Source: an uncultured delta proteobacterium (GTDB lineage Bacteria > Myxococcota_A > Polyangia > Polyangiales > Houyiibacteriaceae). Taken from it: 64,000 bases of DNA. This document shows, in pieces, positions 61,379 to 64,000 of the stretch. The stretch's first letter is position 1; each line of letters opens with the position of its first letter. The stretch covers positions 264,158 to 328,157 of the forward strand of contig CAWJII010000004.1 in NCBI GenBank assembly GCA_963842915.1, read 5' to 3'. The notes under the pieces are model-generated. The model ran no database searches. It saw only the letters and a program-made list of their open reading frames with translations, and had not been told where the DNA came from. The translations under genes were made by a program, and so were the position numbers.

Positions 61379-63517
61379 TCACTCGCCGTGCGCATGACCA
61401 GAATCGTGGAGCTTCGGTTCCACGAACATTCGGAAACCAACTGCTACCCACCAGGTTCTATACTTCTTTTGCGCGGCGAGGCGCGCCTTCTTCGATAGTC
61501 CGGGCTCGTAGCCAAAGTCTTCCTGGCTGAGGTGTTTGAGCTCTTCCCCGGCGCGCCTTCGCAAGCGCTCGTCCGGGTGCATCAGCGCATTGATGAGCCA
61601 AACGACCCGGTGCTCTGCCCCGTGCTTGTCGTACCAGGCGCTCCACTTCTTTTTGCTTCTGTTGAAGTCCTGACAACTCAGACGCACCAGGCTTGCATGA
61701 GCCGCGGCAACCACATCGGCTTCCGGGCTCTCGAGCAAGGTGATGAGAAATTCGAACGAATGCGCGTCTCGCAGCTTTCCGAGCGCCTCGATGGAGGCCA
61801 CCTGAGGCTGGAGCTGCCGGCCGTCGCGCGCCGAGGCTCGCAGGCGCTCGATGAGCTGGGTGAACTCGACCTCGCAGGCATAGAGAACGCTCAGTGCCCG
61901 GTAAGCGGCGCTGCGAACGCCCGGATCGGAATCGAACAAACGACGGCCAACGGCCTGCACCAGGTCGGGGTGCACGAACTCAGACACGAGCACGGTCGCA
62001 TAGTAGCGAGTGTCGGGGTCTTCCGCGTCGAGCAAGGGAATGAGGTAGGGAACCGAACGCTGGCCGAACGCTACGAATGTCCTCGCAATGGGGGAGACAT
62101 CTCTGCCTGCTGGAATGTTCGCGTGGGGCTCGTTGCGATCAAACCAAAGCCTGCCGGGGAGCTCGCGGGCCAGCGCGGGCAGCGCCGCTTCGCCTACCGC
62201 CAACAATGGAAGGATCAGCGTTGCGTCGTCGGGGCCCGCATCGCGAAGCGCCGCGACGAGCGCTTCGACCTCTTCGCCATAGTCGACGATGATGCTTGGA
62301 AGTGAGCCGAGATCGGCCGCCGGCGCTTCGCTTGGCGCGGGTGCTGGCGCTGGATTCCAGCGATGCATCGCAGGCTCGCTCTCGGCGTTGGGCGGAGCGG
62401 AGCTGGGGCCGCCGGGACGCAGGGAGACGACGTCGTGTGCCATCGCGCTTCCGTCATTGTCGCGTCGCGGATCCACGGGGAGATGATGACCGGAAGCCCG
62501 GGGCAGGGGCGGAGGTGCGGGTTGCCAGGCGGCAGGCTGAGCAGCGGGCGGGGGGGCAGGTTGCCATCCGGCTGCGGCGTTGGGCGGCTCGGGACTGGGC
62601 GCCGGCTGCCAACCCTGGGCTGGCGCGGACGCCGGCTTGGGCGCCGGCTGCCAAGCATTGGCCGGTCCGGCAGGCGCCGAGGCCGCGGCACGGCTCCTGC
62701 CGGAAGGCCGCTGGGAGCTTGTCCGCCGCATCGATGGACGACCGAGTATCTCGGGTGGGCGAGGGGGGAGGCTGTATCGGGTCGCGTCCACGAAGCCAGC
62801 GTTCGGCTCCGAGCGCATGCGCTGCGTACCGGGATCGGAATCACGAAACGTGCCTGCAGGAACCGAGGAGCTGACCATGGGCTCCACCATGACCGGGGGC
62901 TCGGTGTCGGCGATGCCCGCGGGCGCCGGTATCGAAGAATCCACGCGGGGAAAAGAGCCGGAGGCGTCTTTCACGGGCGGGCGCGAGCTCCGGCTTCCTA
63001 CACCTTCGAACGGTGCGACGTAGGGAATGGAGCCGGGATCTGCAGCTTCGAGCTGATGACTGAGTTGCCGCATGCGCGCCGTCATCTCGATGTCGTAGTG
63101 ACGGGCCAGGCCCGCCTCGACGCGCACCGAGCAAACGATGCGCTGCACCGGGTCGATCCCGAGCTCGAAGGAGATGTCGCGTAGAGTGGCCTCTGGCAAG
63201 GGACGATCGACCGCCAAGACGACCGCATCTTCGGTTCTCGCAACGGGAATCAAGCGATGCCGCACGGCGAACTCGCGGGGCAGGACACGAATCGTGGTGA
63301 TCGCTGTCTGCATCACCTCGTCGCGAGTTGCGGGTAGGAGCCCGTAGACCGCCGCACAGTAGGCGTTCATCTCGTTCTCGCGTAGCAAGCCGAGCTCGAG
63401 GAGCACGGTGTCGAGATTGCCCCCGCGCATGACCTGATCTTGAATGGCGCCTTGAACCTTATCGACGGGAATCAGCTGGTCCCGGACCAGAAGCGAGGCA
63501 AGGACGGACATATCCAC
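61379..63517 (-). CDS. T2SS-E N-terminal (MshEN-like) domain - Pro-rich WQPAP repeats - HEAT-repeat protein
   Basis: N-terminal LASLLVRDQLIPVDKVQGAIQDQ...LDTVLLELGLL GspE_N-like pattern; 4x WQPAP; C-terminal HEAT repeats (DPDTRYYAT..., DPGVRSAAYRAL). Confidence 0.65.
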   Translation of the reverse strand: MDMSVLASLLVRDQLIPVDKVQGAIQDQVMRGGNLDTVLLELGLLRENEMNAYCAAVYGLLPATRDEVMQTAITTIRVLPREFAVRHRLIPVARTEDAVVLAVDRPLPEATLRDISFELGIDPVQRIVCSVRVEAGLARHYDIEMTARMRQLSHQLEAADPGSIPYVAPFEGVGSRSSRPPVKDASGSFPRVDSSIPAPAGIADTEPPVMVEPMVSSSVPAGTFRDSDPGTQRMRSEPNAGFVDATRYSLPPRPPEILGRPSMRRTSSQRPSGRSRAAASAPAGPANAWQPAPKPASAPAQGWQPAPSPEPPNAAAGWQPAPPPAAQPAAWQPAPPPLPRASGHHLPVDPRRDNDGSAMAHDVVSLRPGGPSSAPPNAESEPAMHRWNPAPAPAPSEAPAADLGSLPSIIVDYGEEVEALVAALRDAGPDDATLILPLLAVGEAALPALARELPGRLWFDRNEPHANIPAGRDVSPIARTFVAFGQRSVPYLIPLLDAEDPDTRYYATVLVSEFVHPDLVQAVGRRLFDSDPGVRSAAYRALSVLYACEVEFTQLIERLRASARDGRQLQPQVASIEALGKLRDAHSFEFLITLLESPEADVVAAAHASLVRLSCQDFNRSKKKWSAWYDKHGAEHRVVWLINALMHPDERLRRRAGEELKHLSQEDFGYEPGLSKKARLAAQKKYRTWWVAVGFRMFVEPKLHDSGHAHGE

Positions 63518-63547
63518 CCCAATGGTGGCTTTGCAGAGGCCGACCTG

Positions 63548-64000
63548 TCAACGAGCTTGTCGGAAGTCACCGAGGCGATCTCCGATGATCGCGAGGGCAG
63601 CGGGCACGGCGGTCTCGACCCGCAAGACCCTGGTGCCCAAGCTTACGACCGAAAAGCCTGACTGTTCGAAGATTGCGATCTCCCCACCGGTGAATCCACC
63701 CTCGGGCCCAAGCGCACACCAAACTGGTTCAGGATTACCCTCGAGCGACAAGGCCCCAAGCGCTCGGGCAGCGAAGAGGACCCCTCGCACGTCCTGCGGC
63801 ATCTCTTCGAGCCAGGAGCTCAGGGGCCGAGGAGCGTGCACGATGGGAATGCAATCGCGCTCGCACTGGGCGGCCGCTTCACCGGCGATGCGCGTCAGTC
63901 GTTCGATGCGTGAGCGTGCGCGCTCCCGATCCCAGCGGGGGACCGTTCTCTCGGTTTGCATGAGTGCGATTTCGTCGACACCGAGCTCGGTCGCCATGCG
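63548..64000 (-). CDS. rsmE: 16S rRNA (uracil1498-N3)-methyltransferase RsmE, N-terminus beyond the window edge
   Basis: C-terminal SPOUT signature LGPEGGFTGGEI...LGTRVLRVETA; frame is open to the right edge. Confidence 0.85.
   Translation of the reverse strand, partial: RMATELGVDEIALMQTERTVPRWDRERARSRIERLTRIAGEAAAQCERDCIPIVHAPRPLSSWLEEMPQDVRGVLFAARALGALSLEGNPEPVWCALGPEGGFTGGEIAIFEQSGFSVVSLGTRVLRVETAVPAALAIIGDRLGDFRQAR

Overview
High-GC (~60-65%) bacterial chromosome segment. It is probably Myxococcota, judged from many Cys-rich lipoproteins, a GltJ/AgmX-like ZnR-GYF protein, PEGA/TPR/HEAT proteins and sigma-54-type elements; this assignment is inference. Most of the window is housekeeping. 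The conserved minus-strand block tRNA-Thr/Tyr/Gly/Thr - tuf - rpmG - tRNA-Trp - secE - nusG - rplKAJL - rpoBC covers ~12.5-26.5 kb. Around it lie rnr, thymidine phosphorylase, etfBA with a TetR regulator, pepA, miaE, hisG, murA, nadK, transaldolase, era, der, rlmN and rsmE. I saw no transposase, integrase, CRISPR array, prophage or recognisable defence genes. The most system-like locus is at 9.4-11.4 kb: a small lipobox peptide with repeated [EG][AG]SCG cysteine motifs, then a terminator-like hairpin, then a DUF692/MNIO enzyme and a DUF2063 partner. This architecture fits a metallophore-type RiPP cluster, here a variant with Ser-containing motifs and a likely lipid anchor. Other items worth a second look: three tandem 208-bp structured repeats carrying GCGAAGC mini-hairpins and G-quadruplex motifs (37.2-37.9 kb); a membrane-anchored sigma-54-activator homolog with degenerate Walker A, Walker B and GAFTGA motifs; an MshEN-like/WQPAP/HEAT protein; an apparently inactive rhomboid; a probable frameshift in a hydrolase gene; a good sigma-54 promoter match upstream of a small ORF and comEA; and a palindrome overlapping the TetR start codon. 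All calls rest on by-eye motif recognition and the supplied ORF track. No searches were run.
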